In this document: positions 18,067-28,227 of the stretch, one piece after another
Numbering within the stretch: position 1 is the first letter of the stretch
How the letters are laid out: each line of letters starts with the position of its first letter
Origin: Rhodobacter sp.
GTDB taxonomy: Bacteria > Pseudomonadota > Alphaproteobacteria > Rhodobacterales > Rhodobacteraceae
Length of the DNA: 46,756 bases
NCBI GenBank assembly: GCA_013824055.1
Contig: PNNE01000460.1
Location: 1 to 46,756 of the forward strand
Reading direction: 5' to 3'
Translations under genes and position numbers: made by a program
Notes under the pieces: model-generated
Told to the model about the DNA's origin: nothing
Seen by the model: the letters and a program-made list of their open reading frames with translations, nothing else
Databases searched by the model: none

Positions 18067-19812
18067 ATGACCAAGTTCAAACCCGCCCCCTGGCCCCGCA
18101 AACTCCGCTCGCAGGAATGGTTCGCGGGCACCTCGAAGGACGCGATCTACCACCGCTCCTGGATGAAGAACCAGGGCCTGCCCGCCGACCTGTTCGACGG
18201 TCGCCCGGTGATCGGCATCCTGAACACCTTCTCCGAGCTCAACCCCTGCAACGCCCACCTGAACGACCTGGCCGAGAGGGTGAAGCACGGCGTCTACGAG
18301 GCCGGCGGCTTCCCCGTCATCGTCCCGGTCTTTTCGGTCAGTGAAAGCGCTTTTCGTCCCACCGCGATGATGTTCCGCAACCTCGCCGCGATGGCAGTCG
18401 AGGAAACCATCCGCGGCCAGCAGATGGATGGCGTCGTCTGCCTTGTCGGCTGCGACAAGACCACGCCCTCGCTGCTGATGGGCGCGGCCTCCTGCGACAT
18501 TCCGACCATCATGGTCTCGGGCGGGCCGATGCTGAACGGCTATTTCCGGGGCGAACGGGTCGGGTCGGGGACCCATCTGTGGAAGTTCTCCGAGGCGGTG
18601 AAGGCGGGCGAAATGACCGACGCCGAATTCGTCGAGGCCGAGGCGTCGATGTCCCGCTCGCCGGGGTCCTGCAACACGATGGGCACCGCCAGCACGATGG
18701 CGTCGATGGCCGAGGCGCTGGGCATGACGCTTTCGGGCAACGCCGCGATCCCGGCAGTGGACAGCCGCCGCCGGATGATGGCGCAGCTGACCGGGCGGCG
18801 GATCGTGCAGATGGTGAAGGACGACCTGAAGCCCTCTGACATCCTGACGCGCGAGGCGTTCCAGAACGCGATCCGCACCAATGCCGCCATCGGCGGCTCG
18901 ACCAACGCGGTGATCCACATGCTGGCCATCGCGGGGCGCTGCGGCATCGACCTGACGCTGAACGACTGGGACGACTGGGGCCGGGGCGTGCCGACCATCG
19001 TCAACCTGATGCCCTCGGGCAAATACCTGATGGAGGAATTCTTCTACGCCGGTGGCCTGCCTGCCGTGATCAAGCGGCTGGGCGAGGCGGGTCTGCTGAA
19101 CCGCGACGCGCTGACCGTTTCGGGCGGCCCGATCTGGGACGAGGTGAAGGATGCCCGCATCGACAACGACGACGTGATCCTGCCGGCCGACAAGGCGCTG
19201 GCGCAGTCGGGCGGCATCGTCGTGGTCAAGGGCAACCTGGCGCCGGACGGGGCGGTGCTGAAACCCTCGGCCGCGACCCCTGCGCTGATGCAGCACCGGG
19301 GCCGCGCCGTCGTGTTCGAGGATATCGACGACTACAAGGCCCGGATCAACGACGAAGACCTGGACATCGACGAGACCTGCGTGATGGTGCTGAAGAACTG
19401 CGGCCCGCGCGGCTATCCCGGCATGGCCGAGGTCGGCAACATGGGCCTGCCGCCCAAGGTGCTGCGCAAGGGGATCACCGACATGGTCCGCATTTCCGAC
19501 GCCCGCATGTCCGGCACCGCCTATGGCACCGTCGTCCTGCACACCTCACCCGAAGCCGCGCGCGGTGGCCCGCTGGCCGTGGTCCGCTCCGGTGACTTCA
19601 TCGAGCTGGACGTGGCCAACCGCCGCCTGCATCTCGACATCTCTGACGAAGACCTGAAGGCCCGCCTCGCTGCCTGGAAACATCCCGTCGAACCGCCGTC
19701 GGGCGGCTATGCCAAGCTTTACCACGATCACGTCCAGGGCGCCGACAAGGGGGCCGACATGGACTTCCTGATCGGCTGCCGAGGCAACGCCGTTGGCCGT
19801 GAAAGCCACTGA
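18067..19812 (+). CDS. araD: L-arabinonate dehydratase (IlvD/Edd family)
   Basis: LRSQEWF, LNPCNAHL, GCDKTTP, GSCNTMGTAST, PGMAEVG, SDARMSGT and C-terminal ESH. Confidence 0.85.
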   Translation: MTKFKPAPWPRKLRSQEWFAGTSKDAIYHRSWMKNQGLPADLFDGRPVIGILNTFSELNPCNAHLNDLAERVKHGVYEAGGFPVIVPVFSVSESAFRPTAMMFRNLAAMAVEETIRGQQMDGVVCLVGCDKTTPSLLMGAASCDIPTIMVSGGPMLNGYFRGERVGSGTHLWKFSEAVKAGEMTDAEFVEAEASMSRSPGSCNTMGTASTMASMAEALGMTLSGNAAIPAVDSRRRMMAQLTGRRIVQMVKDDLKPSDILTREAFQNAIRTNAAIGGSTNAVIHMLAIAGRCGIDLTLNDWDDWGRGVPTIVNLMPSGKYLMEEFFYAGGLPAVIKRLGEAGLLNRDALTVSGGPIWDEVKDARIDNDDVILPADKALAQSGGIVVVKGNLAPDGAVLKPSAATPALMQHRGRAVVFEDIDDYKARINDEDLDIDETCVMVLKNCGPRGYPGMAEVGNMGLPPKVLRKGITDMVRISDARMSGTAYGTVVLHTSPEAARGGPLAVVRSGDFIELDVANRRLHLDISDEDLKARLAAWKHPVEPPSGGYAKLYHDHVQGADKGADMDFLIGCRGNAVGRESH

Positions 19813-19860
19813 TGACAAGCGCGGCGCCGGGCCCTGGGTCCGACGCCGCACCCAAGCGCC

Positions 19861-19898
19861 TCCCTCCCCCCGCGTGGGGGAGGGATGGGAAGGGGGGG
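19861..19898 (+). repeat. GC-rich palindromic REP-like element with a G-tract tail
   Basis: TCCCTCCCCC-CGCGT-GGGGGAGGGA 10-bp stem followed by TGGGAAGGGGGGG. Confidence 0.7.
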
Positions 19899-19944
19899 CA
19901 CCCCGCCAGCCCCGATCCCGACGCCCCGAACCGAAGGCCAGCCC

Positions 19945-20865
19945 ATGACCCGCACCAAAGTCGCCCTCGTCGGCATCGGCAAGATCGCCCTGGACCAGCA
20001 CGTCCCGGCGCTGAACGCCTCCCCCGACTGGGAGCTTGCCGCCACCGTCAGCCGCAGCGGAACGGTCGCCGGCATCCCCGCCTGGACCGACTTCGCCACC
20101 TTCCTGGCCGAACGCCCCGACATCCCCGTCGTCTCGCTTTGCATGCCGCCCGTCCCGCGCTTTGCCTATGCCGAAGCGGCACTGCTGGCCGGCCGCCATG
20201 TCATGCTGGAAAAACCGCCGGGCGCGACCCTTGCCGAAGTCCATGCGCTTGAGGCACTGGCGAAAGCCAAAGGGCTTGCCCTCTACGCCACCTGGCACAG
20301 CCGCATGGCCCATGCCGTCGCCCCGGCCAAGGCCTGGCTTTCCGACAAGACCGTGGAAAAGGCCCACATCACCTGGCGCGAGGACGTCCGCAAATGGCAC
20401 CCCGGCCAGGACTGGGTCTTCCAGCCCGGCGGCATGGGCGTCTTCGACCCCGGCATCAACGCGCTGTCGATCCTGACCGAGATCCTGCCCAAACCCGTCC
20501 ACCTGACCCGCGCCAGGCTGGAGTTTCCGTCCAACCGCCAGACCCCGATCGCCGCGCAACTGACGTTCTCCGGCAACGTCACCGCCGACTTCGACTGGCG
20601 CCAGGAAGGCCCGCAGACCTGGGACATCGAGATCCAGACCGACCGCAGCACCCTCGCTCTCCGCATGGGCGGCAATGTGCTGGAAATCGACGGCAAGCCC
20701 TCTGCCGGGGAAAACACCATCATGGGTGAATACCCCGCCCTCTACGCCCGGATGGCCGCCCTCTTCCGTACCGGCGCTTGCGACGTCGACCTTGCCCCGA
20801 TGGTCCATGTCGCCGACGCCCTGACCCTTGGCGAGCGGATCACCACCGACGCCTTCGATTTCTAA
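19945..20865 (+). CDS. L-arabinose/D-galactose 1-dehydrogenase (Gfo/Idh/MocA family)
   Basis: VGIGKIALDQHVP, LEKPPGAT, WREDVRKWHPGQDW, GVFDPGINALSI. Confidence 0.85.
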   Translation: MTRTKVALVGIGKIALDQHVPALNASPDWELAATVSRSGTVAGIPAWTDFATFLAERPDIPVVSLCMPPVPRFAYAEAALLAGRHVMLEKPPGATLAEVHALEALAKAKGLALYATWHSRMAHAVAPAKAWLSDKTVEKAHITWREDVRKWHPGQDWVFQPGGMGVFDPGINALSILTEILPKPVHLTRARLEFPSNRQTPIAAQLTFSGNVTADFDWRQEGPQTWDIEIQTDRSTLALRMGGNVLEIDGKPSAGENTIMGEYPALYARMAALFRTGACDVDLAPMVHVADALTLGERITTDAFDF

Positions 20866-20876
20866 AGGAGACCACC

Positions 20877-22385
20877 ATGCTGACCGGAAAACACCTGATC
20901 GCGGGCAACTGGGTCGGGAACGACCAGACGTTCGCCTCCTCCCCCGCGCACGGCCCCTCGCACGACTTCTCGGTCGGCACCCCCGCGCAGGTGAATGTCG
21001 CCTGCGACGCGGCCGAAGCCGACTTCCCCGCCTATTCCGCCAAATCCCGCGCCGAACGCGCTGCATTCCTGAACCGCATCGCCGACGAGATCGACGCGCG
21101 CGGGGCCGAGATCACCGAGATCGGCACCCAGGAAACCGGCCTTCCCACCGCCCGTCTGGAAGGCGAACGCGGCCGCACCACCATGCAGTTGCGCCTTTTC
21201 GCCAGCCACATCCTCAAGGACGGCTGGCTCGACCGCCGCCATGACGCCGCACTTCCCGACCGCCAGCCCGCCCCGCGCCCCGACATCAAGCTGATCCAGC
21301 GGCCCATCGGCCCCGTCGCCGTGTTCGGCGCCTCGAACTTCCCGCTCGCCTTTTCCACCGCAGGCGGCGACACCGCCTCTGCGCTGGCCGCCGGTTGCCC
21401 GGTCGTGGTCAAGGGCCACTCCGCCCACCCCGGCACTGGCGAGATCGTCGCCCAGGCCATCGACGCCGCGATCCGCGCGACAGACATGCCCCCCGGCACC
21501 TTCTCTCTGGTGCAAGGCGGCAAGCGCGATGTCGGCGAGGCGCTTGTCCAGCACCCCCACATCAAGGCCGTCGGCTTCACCGGCTCGCTCGCCGGGGGTC
21601 GCGCGCTGTTCGATCTCTGCGCCGCACGGCCCGAACCGATCCCCTTCTTCGGCGAGCTTGGCAGCGTGAACCCCATGTTCCTCCTTCCCGCCGCCCTGGC
21701 CGCAAGGGGAGAAGCCATCGCCAAAGGCTGGGCCGGGTCGCTGACGATGGGCGCGGGCCAGTTCTGCACCAACCCCGGCATCGCCGTCCTGATCGACGGC
21801 GCGCAAGCCGACGCCTTCGTCACCGCCGCCAGATCTGCTGTCGGAGCCATCGGCCCGCAAACCATGCTGACCGACGGCATCGCCGAGGCCTACCGCGCGG
21901 GCCGCGACCGCGTGGCCGCGGGAAACGGAGTCCGCTCGGTCCTCACCACCACCTGCGACCAGCGCAACGCCACCCCCTACCTCTTCGAGGTCTCGGGCCA
22001 GGACTGGCTCGCCAACCACGCCCTCGCCGAAGAAGTCTTCGGCCCGCTTGGCCTGATCGTCCGGGTCCGCCACGCGGCGGAAATGCAGGACATCGCCCGC
22101 TCGCTTCAGGGCCAGCTGACCTGCACGCTGCACCTCGACGACGCCGACACCGACCTGGGGAAGGCCCTGATGCCGATCCTTGAGCGCAAGGCCGGTCGCC
22201 TGCTCGCCAACGGCTTCCCGACCGGGGTCGAGGTCGTCGACGCCCAGGTCCACGGCGGGCCCTACCCGGCCTCGACCAACTTTGGCGCGACCTCGGTCGG
22301 CACGTTGTCGATCCGTCGCTGGCTGCGGCCGGTCGCCTATCAGAACATGCCCGCGGCCCTTCTGCCGCAGGACTGGGCCGAGTGA
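20877..22385 (+). CDS. alpha-Ketoglutaric semialdehyde (2,5-dioxopentanoate) dehydrogenase, NADP-type ALDH
   Basis: FGASNFPLAFSTAGGDTASALAAGCP, GFTGS, ELGSVNP, GQFCTNPG, EEVFGP, HGGPYPA. Confidence 0.87.
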   Translation: MLTGKHLIAGNWVGNDQTFASSPAHGPSHDFSVGTPAQVNVACDAAEADFPAYSAKSRAERAAFLNRIADEIDARGAEITEIGTQETGLPTARLEGERGRTTMQLRLFASHILKDGWLDRRHDAALPDRQPAPRPDIKLIQRPIGPVAVFGASNFPLAFSTAGGDTASALAAGCPVVVKGHSAHPGTGEIVAQAIDAAIRATDMPPGTFSLVQGGKRDVGEALVQHPHIKAVGFTGSLAGGRALFDLCAARPEPIPFFGELGSVNPMFLLPAALAARGEAIAKGWAGSLTMGAGQFCTNPGIAVLIDGAQADAFVTAARSAVGAIGPQTMLTDGIAEAYRAGRDRVAAGNGVRSVLTTTCDQRNATPYLFEVSGQDWLANHALAEEVFGPLGLIVRVRHAAEMQDIARSLQGQLTCTLHLDDADTDLGKALMPILERKAGRLLANGFPTGVEVVDAQVHGGPYPASTNFGATSVGTLSIRRWLRPVAYQNMPAALLPQDWAE

Positions 22386-23407
22386 TGGCCGCCCCGACCC
22401 CCATCGGCCAGATTGGCGGCCGCGACGTCCATGCCGTCAGCCTGACCGGCGAGGGCCTGAGCCTGAAGCTGCTGACCTGGGGCGCGCGTCTGGCCGAGCT
22501 TCGGGTTCCCGACCGGCACGGCACTCTGGCCGACATCGTCCTTGGTCAGGACGACCTTTCGGCCTGGCAGACCCACGGCACCTATATCGGCGCGACCTGT
22601 GGCCGCTACGCCAACCGCATCGCCGGGGGCCGCTTCACCCTTGCCGGACGCGAGGTGCAACTGGACCGGAACGAAGTCGCCCAGCACCTGCACGGCGGCT
22701 CTGACGGCCTTGACCTGAAGGTCTGGGACATCGAAAGCCAGTCCGACCGTCACGTCACCTTCACCATCACCTCCCCGGACGGCGAGATGGGCTATCCCGG
22801 CACCCTGACCGCCCGGACGACCTACCGGATCGACGCCGGGCTGGTGATCGAGATGCAGGCAACGACCGACGCCCCCACCATCGTCAACCTGGTGAACCAC
22901 GCCTATTTCAACCTTGCGGGCCACGGCTCGGGCGACATCCTCGGGCAGCAGCTGCAGGTCGAGGCCGGGTTCTACCTGCCCGTCGACGACCGCCTGATCC
23001 CGACGGGAGAGGTCCTGTCCGTCACCGGCACGCCCTTCGACTTTCGCGCGCTGCGGCCCATCGGGCAGGACATGCCCGGCGAAGGGGGCTTCGACCACAA
23101 CCTCTGCCTGTCAGGCCCCCTGGGCAGCGACGGCCTCCGCCCCTGCCTGCTGGCGGTCGATCCGGCTTCGGGTCGGCGGATGCACCTGTCAAGCACCGAG
23201 CCGGGATTGCAGTTCTACACGGGCGCGCATTTCGACCAGACGCCGGGCAAGGGCGGTGCGCGCTATCCCCGTTTCGCGGGCTTTGCCGCCGAGACGCAGC
23301 GCTTTCCTGATTCGCCGAACCGTCCGCAGTTCCCCTCGGCCCGGCTCGACCCTGGCCAGACCTATCGCCACATCATGCGCTTCGACTTCACCCCGGCCCC
23401 GGCGTGA
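22385..23407 (+). CDS. galM: Aldose 1-epimerase (mutarotase)
   Basis: GRYANRI, HLHGG, GYPG, NHAYFNL, FDHN, QFYTG, ETQRFPDSPN. Confidence 0.92.
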   Translation: MAAPTPIGQIGGRDVHAVSLTGEGLSLKLLTWGARLAELRVPDRHGTLADIVLGQDDLSAWQTHGTYIGATCGRYANRIAGGRFTLAGREVQLDRNEVAQHLHGGSDGLDLKVWDIESQSDRHVTFTITSPDGEMGYPGTLTARTTYRIDAGLVIEMQATTDAPTIVNLVNHAYFNLAGHGSGDILGQQLQVEAGFYLPVDDRLIPTGEVLSVTGTPFDFRALRPIGQDMPGEGGFDHNLCLSGPLGSDGLRPCLLAVDPASGRRMHLSSTEPGLQFYTGAHFDQTPGKGGARYPRFAGFAAETQRFPDSPNRPQFPSARLDPGQTYRHIMRFDFTPAPA

Positions 23408-23549
23408 CCCTTGCCAGCGGCGCCCCTCGCGGCGCCGCAGCATCCTGCAATCGCCTGCACCGACACGACAAACCCCGAAGAACACCCGTCTTTCCGCACC
23501 TGCAAAGGCCCGTCCCGACACCAAACACACGGCCGCGTGAACGGATTTC

Positions 23550-23577
23550 TTGCATATAGTAATACTTTTGCTAACGT
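23550..23577 (+). promoter_or_regulatory. Putative promoter of ytfQ with an overlapping FadR-type operator
   Basis: TTGCAT-N16-TAACGT with an extended TG. Palindrome AGTAATACT (23558-23566) lies between the boxes. Confidence 0.5.
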
Positions 23578-23627
23578 CTGCTCAGCCACCCGAGGAGAGT
23601 GGCCAAAGTTTCCACTGGGAGGAAATC

Positions 23628-24599
23628 ATGAACGTTATCAAGACTCTCGCGCTTGGCGCGGGACTGGCCAGCTTGTTGCTTTCGGCGGCCTATGCCGAAG
23701 GGTTGCAGGGCAAGGTCATCGGCTTTTCGCAGATCGGGTCCGAATCCGGCTGGCGCGCCGCCGAGACCTCGGTGACGAAGGCCGAAGCCGAAGCCCGCGG
23801 CATCGACCTGAAATTCGCCGATGCGCAGCAAAAGCAGGAAAACCAGATCAAGGCGATCCGCGGTTTCATCGCCCAGGGCGTCGACGCGATCCTGGTCGCC
23901 CCCGTCGTCGCCACCGGCTGGGAGGAAGTCCTGACCGAGGCCAAGGAAGCAGCCATCCCCGTCGTCCTGCTGGACCGCGGCATCGAGGCACCGGAAGACC
24001 TGTATCTGACCTCGGTCGCGTCCGACCAGGTGAAGGAAGGCCGTGTTGCCGGCGAATGGCTGGTCGGCGCCGTCGGCGACAGGCAGTGCAACATCGTCGA
24101 ACTGCAGGGAACCGTCGGCTCCTCGCCCGCGATCAACCGCAAGCAGGGCTTCGAGGAAGCCATCGCAGGCAAGGCCAACCTGACCATCACCCGCAGCCAG
24201 ACCGGCGACTTTACCCGCTCCAAGGGCAAGGAAGTGATGGAGGGCTTCATCAAGGCCGAAGACGGCGGCAAGAACATCTGCGCGGTCTATGCCCACAACG
24301 ACGACATGGCGGTGGGTGCGATCCAGGCGATCAAGGACGCGGGCCTGAAGCCGGGCAGCGACATCCTGGTCGTGTCGATCGACGCGGTCCCGGACATCTT
24401 CGCCGCGATGGTCGCCGGCGAGGCCAATGCCACGGTCGAACTGACCCCCAACATGGCCGGCCCCGCCTTCGACGCGCTGCAGGCCTACTGGGACGCGGGC
24501 ACCGAACCGCCGAAGTTCATCATCACCGAATCGAAGCTCTACACCCCGGCGGATGATCCGCAGGGCGAATACGACCGTCGCAAAGGCCTTGGCTACTAG
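23628..24599 (+). CDS. ytfQ: Galactofuranose ABC substrate-binding protein
   Basis: IGFSQIGSESGWRAAET, DAQQKQENQIKA, APVVATGW, SQTGDFTRSKGKEVME, ELTPNMAGPAFD. Confidence 0.93.
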   Translation: MNVIKTLALGAGLASLLLSAAYAEGLQGKVIGFSQIGSESGWRAAETSVTKAEAEARGIDLKFADAQQKQENQIKAIRGFIAQGVDAILVAPVVATGWEEVLTEAKEAAIPVVLLDRGIEAPEDLYLTSVASDQVKEGRVAGEWLVGAVGDRQCNIVELQGTVGSSPAINRKQGFEEAIAGKANLTITRSQTGDFTRSKGKEVMEGFIKAEDGGKNICAVYAHNDDMAVGAIQAIKDAGLKPGSDILVVSIDAVPDIFAAMVAGEANATVELTPNMAGPAFDALQAYWDAGTEPPKFIITESKLYTPADDPQGEYDRRKGLGY

Positions 24600-24616
24600 G
24601 TTTCCTCGCCAGGGCG

Positions 24617-24650
24617 CCGCCGGGCGAAGCTGAGGGGCTTCGTCCGGCGG
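24617..24650 (+). terminator. Stem-loop after ytfQ
   Basis: CCGCCGGGCGAAGC-N6-GCTTCGTCCGGCGG, 14-bp stem with one G-U pair. Confidence 0.55.
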
Positions 24651-24700
24651 AATTGCTTTATCTGCCGGATCGGCGGACAGTTTGCGAGGGAGGGACCACG

Positions 24701-26215
24701 ATGACCGACACAAAGCCAGTTCTGGAAGCACGCGGGATCGTCAAGATCTTCGGCCAGCATCGTGCGCTGGACACGGTGGATTTCACCGCCAACGCGGGAG
24801 AGGTCCACGCGCTGCTTGGCGAAAACGGTGCGGGCAAATCCACGCTGATCAAGATCCTGACCGGCGCCTACCAGCCCGAGGCCGGCGAGCTTCTGCTGGA
24901 CGGCCAGCCCATCCACCTGCGCGATCCCTTGCATGGCCAGACCTACGGCATCGGCACTGTCTACCAGGAGGTGAACCTGCTGCCGAACCGTTCGGTGTCC
25001 GAGAACCTGTTCCTCGGCCGCCAGCCCACCCGCTTCGGCATGGTCGATCACAAGCGCATCGACGCGCTGGCCCGCGACCTCCTCTCCCGCTACGGCCTTG
25101 ACGTCGACGTCCGCGCCGAGCTGTCGGAATACTCCGTCGCCGTCCAGCAGATCGTCGCCATCGCCCGCGCCGTCGAATTGTCCGGCAAGGTCCTTGTCCT
25201 GGACGAGCCCACCGCCAGCCTTGACCGCAACGAGGTGCAGCGCCTGTTCGATGTCGTCCGGGGCCTGAAGGCCAAGGGCCTTGCGATCATCTTCATCACC
25301 CATTTCCTCGACCAGGTGTTCGAGCTTGCCGACCGCGTGACCATCCTGAGGAACGGCAGGAAGGTGGCGACCCAGGCGCTGGACACCCTGAATACCACCG
25401 ACGTCGTCCGCATGATGCTGGGCAAGGACGTCGCCTTCGACCATCACCCCACCGCGCTGACCGGCGGCCCCAAGGGCGCTGTGCGCGTCGCCTTCAAGGG
25501 CCTCAGCCGCAAGGGCCTTTCCCCCTTCGACCTTGCCGTCCACGAAGGCGAGGTCGTCGGCGTCGCGGGCCTGCTCGGCTCTGGCCGCACCGAGGTCGCC
25601 CGGCTGATGTTCGGCGTCGACCCCAGCGACGGCGGGCAGATCACCGTCGACGGCCAACCCGTCAGCATCCGCAACCCCGCCCAGGCCGTCGCCGCAGGTT
25701 TCGGCTTCTGCCCCGAGGACCGCAAGCTTGACGGCATCTTCGGCGACCTCTCTGTCCGCGAGAACATCATCATCGCCCTGCAAGCCAAGCTTGGCTGGCT
25801 CAAGGCCCTGAACCGCGACGATCAGGTGGAACTGGCCGGCCGCTACGCCGAGGCGCTGGACATCCGCGCCGCCGACCACGACATGCCGGTGAAACTGCTC
25901 TCTGGCGGCAACCAGCAGAAGGTCATCCTGGCCCGCTGGCTGGCCATCGACCCGAGCTTCCTGATCCTGGACGAGCCGACCCGCGGCATCGACGTCGGCG
26001 CCCATGCCGAGATCGTCCGCACCATCAACCGCCTGCGCGAGGAAGGCCTTGCCCTCTTCGTCATCTCCTCGGAACTGGACGAGGTTGTCGCCTATTCGAA
26101 CCGCATCGTCGTCATGCGCGACCGCGAGATGGTGGCGGAACTCGACGGCGATGCCATCGCCTCCGACGCCATCGTGCAAGCCATCGCCGGAACCGCAACA
26201 GAGGCCCGCCCGTGA
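24701..26215 (+). CDS. ytfR: Galactofuranose ABC ATP-binding protein
   Basis: GENGAGKST, YQEVNLLPN, GLLGSGRTE, LSGGNQQKV, DEPTRGIDVGAH. Confidence 0.88.
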   Translation: MTDTKPVLEARGIVKIFGQHRALDTVDFTANAGEVHALLGENGAGKSTLIKILTGAYQPEAGELLLDGQPIHLRDPLHGQTYGIGTVYQEVNLLPNRSVSENLFLGRQPTRFGMVDHKRIDALARDLLSRYGLDVDVRAELSEYSVAVQQIVAIARAVELSGKVLVLDEPTASLDRNEVQRLFDVVRGLKAKGLAIIFITHFLDQVFELADRVTILRNGRKVATQALDTLNTTDVVRMMLGKDVAFDHHPTALTGGPKGAVRVAFKGLSRKGLSPFDLAVHEGEVVGVAGLLGSGRTEVARLMFGVDPSDGGQITVDGQPVSIRNPAQAVAAGFGFCPEDRKLDGIFGDLSVRENIIIALQAKLGWLKALNRDDQVELAGRYAEALDIRAADHDMPVKLLSGGNQQKVILARWLAIDPSFLILDEPTRGIDVGAHAEIVRTINRLREEGLALFVISSELDEVVAYSNRIVVMRDREMVAELDGDAIASDAIVQAIAGTATEARP

Positions 26216-27252
26216 CCCGCCCAACCGTCGACCTGCGCCCGACCGGCCAGCCGCCGCTGCCACGCCCAAGACCGCTGGCGCAGTTCTTCACCCGGCCGCA
26301 GGTCATCGCCCTGGCCGCCGTGCTTCTGGTCAACTGGGCGCTCTTCCCCGGCTTCTTCACCATCACCTGGCAGGATGGCCGCTTCTTCGGCAGCCTGATC
26401 GACGTGTTGAACCGGGGCGCACCCGTCGCGATCCTTGCCATCGGCATGACGATGGTCATCGCCACCAAGGGCGTCGATCTGTCGGTCGGCGCGGTCATGG
26501 CGATCAGCGGGGCCGTCGCCGCGACCCTGGTCACCAACGGGGTCTCTGCCCCCATCGCTGTCCTTGCCGCCCTTGGTGCGGGCCTGCTGTGCGGGCTCTG
26601 GAACGGCATCCTGGTCACGCTGCTGGACATCCAGCCGATCATTGCCACCCTGGTCCTGATGGTCGCCGGACGCGGCCTTGCCCAGCTGATCACCGAAGGC
26701 ACCATCGTCACCTTCTCGGACCCCGTCCTGATCTTCATCGGCACCGGCAGCTTTCTCGGTCTGCCCATGCCCGTCGTCATCGCCGCCCTGCTGATGATCG
26801 CGGCCACCCTGATCGTCCGCCGCACGGCGCTTGGCCTTCTGATCGAGGCGGTGGGCGTCAACCGGTCCGCCGCGCGCTTTGCGGGGCTCAGGGCCGGGAC
26901 GCTCCTTCTGATCGTCTACACCTTCGCGGGGTTCTGCGCCGCCATCGCGGGCCTGATCGTGGCGGGGGACATCCGGGGCGCCGACGCCAACAACGCCGGC
27001 CTCTGGCTGGAGCTTGACGCGATCCTTGCCGTGGTCATCGGCGGCACCTCCCTGATGGGCGGGCGCTTTTCCATCCCGATGGCCGTCCTGGGCGCATTGA
27101 TCATCCAGTCGATGAACACCGGCATCCTGATCTCGGGCTTCAGCCCCGAATTCAACCTTGTGGTCAAATCCGCCGTGATCATCGTGATCCTTGTCCTGCA
27201 ATCGCCCCTTTCCGCCCGGCTTTTCCGCCGCCTCCCCGGAGCGCAAAAATGA
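26212..27252 (+). CDS. ytfT: Galactofuranose ABC permease
   Basis: GSLIDVLNRGAP, IQPIIATLVLMVAGRG, GADANNAGLWLELDAILAVVIGG. Confidence 0.88.
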   Translation: MTRPTVDLRPTGQPPLPRPRPLAQFFTRPQVIALAAVLLVNWALFPGFFTITWQDGRFFGSLIDVLNRGAPVAILAIGMTMVIATKGVDLSVGAVMAISGAVAATLVTNGVSAPIAVLAALGAGLLCGLWNGILVTLLDIQPIIATLVLMVAGRGLAQLITEGTIVTFSDPVLIFIGTGSFLGLPMPVVIAALLMIAATLIVRRTALGLLIEAVGVNRSAARFAGLRAGTLLLIVYTFAGFCAAIAGLIVAGDIRGADANNAGLWLELDAILAVVIGGTSLMGGRFSIPMAVLGALIIQSMNTGILISGFSPEFNLVVKSAVIIVILVLQSPLSARLFRRLPGAQK

Positions 27253-28208
27253 ACCGCAGCCTCCGCCCGCTTCTGGCAACGACGCTGATCTTCCTCTTCG
27301 CCTACCTGCTGGCGGTGACCCAGCAACCGGCGATGCTGTCGACCAGGGTCCTTGGCAACTTCCTGACCGACAACGCCTTCCTTGGCATCGCGGCCGTGGG
27401 CATGACCTTCGTGATCCTGTCGGGCGGCATCGACCTTTCGGTCGGCGCGGTGATCGGCTTCACCACCGTCCTTGTCGCCGTCCTGATCATGTGGCTGCAC
27501 CTGCACCCGCTGATCGCCTTCGCCATCGCCCTGATCGTCGCCACCGCCTTCGGGGCTGTCATGGGGGCCGCGATCCATTATTTGAAGGTGCCCAGCTTCA
27601 TCGTCACCCTGGCCGGCATGTTCCTCGCCCGTGGCGGGGCCTCGGTCCTCTCGCCCGACTCGATCGGGATCGAGCATTCCTTCTTCACCGCCGTCCAGAA
27701 AAGCTACATCCTCTTGCCCGGCGGCGGTCGTCTGACCGTGGTGGGCATGATCATGCTGGCGGTCTTCGCCGTGGCGATCCTGCTGGCGCACCGCACCCGC
27801 TTTGGCTCCAACGTCTACGCCCTGGGCGGGTCCGAGACCTCTGCCGCCCTGATGGGCGTTCCGGTCGCCCGCACCACGATCTCGATCTACGCCCTGTCGT
27901 CCTTCCTCGCGGGCCTCGCCGGAGTGGTCTTCTCGCTTTACACCTCGGCCGGCTACAGCCTGAACGCGCTGGGCGTCGAGCTTGACGCCATCGCCGCCGT
28001 GGTGATCGGCGGCACGCTTCTGACCGGCGGTTACGGCTTCGTCGCGGGCACCTTCATCGGGGTGATGCTGCAAGGATTGGTGCAAACCTACATCGTCTTT
28101 GACGGAACCTTGTCCAGCTGGTGGACCAAGATTGTCGTCGGCGTGCTTTTGTTTATGTTCATCCTGCTGCAACGGCTGGTCTTCCGGGCCGCGCCACGCC
28201 GAACCTAA
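27249..28208 (+). CDS. yjfF: Galactofuranose ABC permease
   Basis: NFLTDNAFLGI, GGIDLSVGAV, FDGTLSSWWTKI. Confidence 0.9.
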   Translation: MNRSLRPLLATTLIFLFAYLLAVTQQPAMLSTRVLGNFLTDNAFLGIAAVGMTFVILSGGIDLSVGAVIGFTTVLVAVLIMWLHLHPLIAFAIALIVATAFGAVMGAAIHYLKVPSFIVTLAGMFLARGGASVLSPDSIGIEHSFFTAVQKSYILLPGGGRLTVVGMIMLAVFAVAILLAHRTRFGSNVYALGGSETSAALMGVPVARTTISIYALSSFLAGLAGVVFSLYTSAGYSLNALGVELDAIAAVVIGGTLLTGGYGFVAGTFIGVMLQGLVQTYIVFDGTLSSWWTKIVVGVLLFMFILLQRLVFRAAPRRT

Positions 28209-28227
28209 AGGGACCTGGACCAGTATC

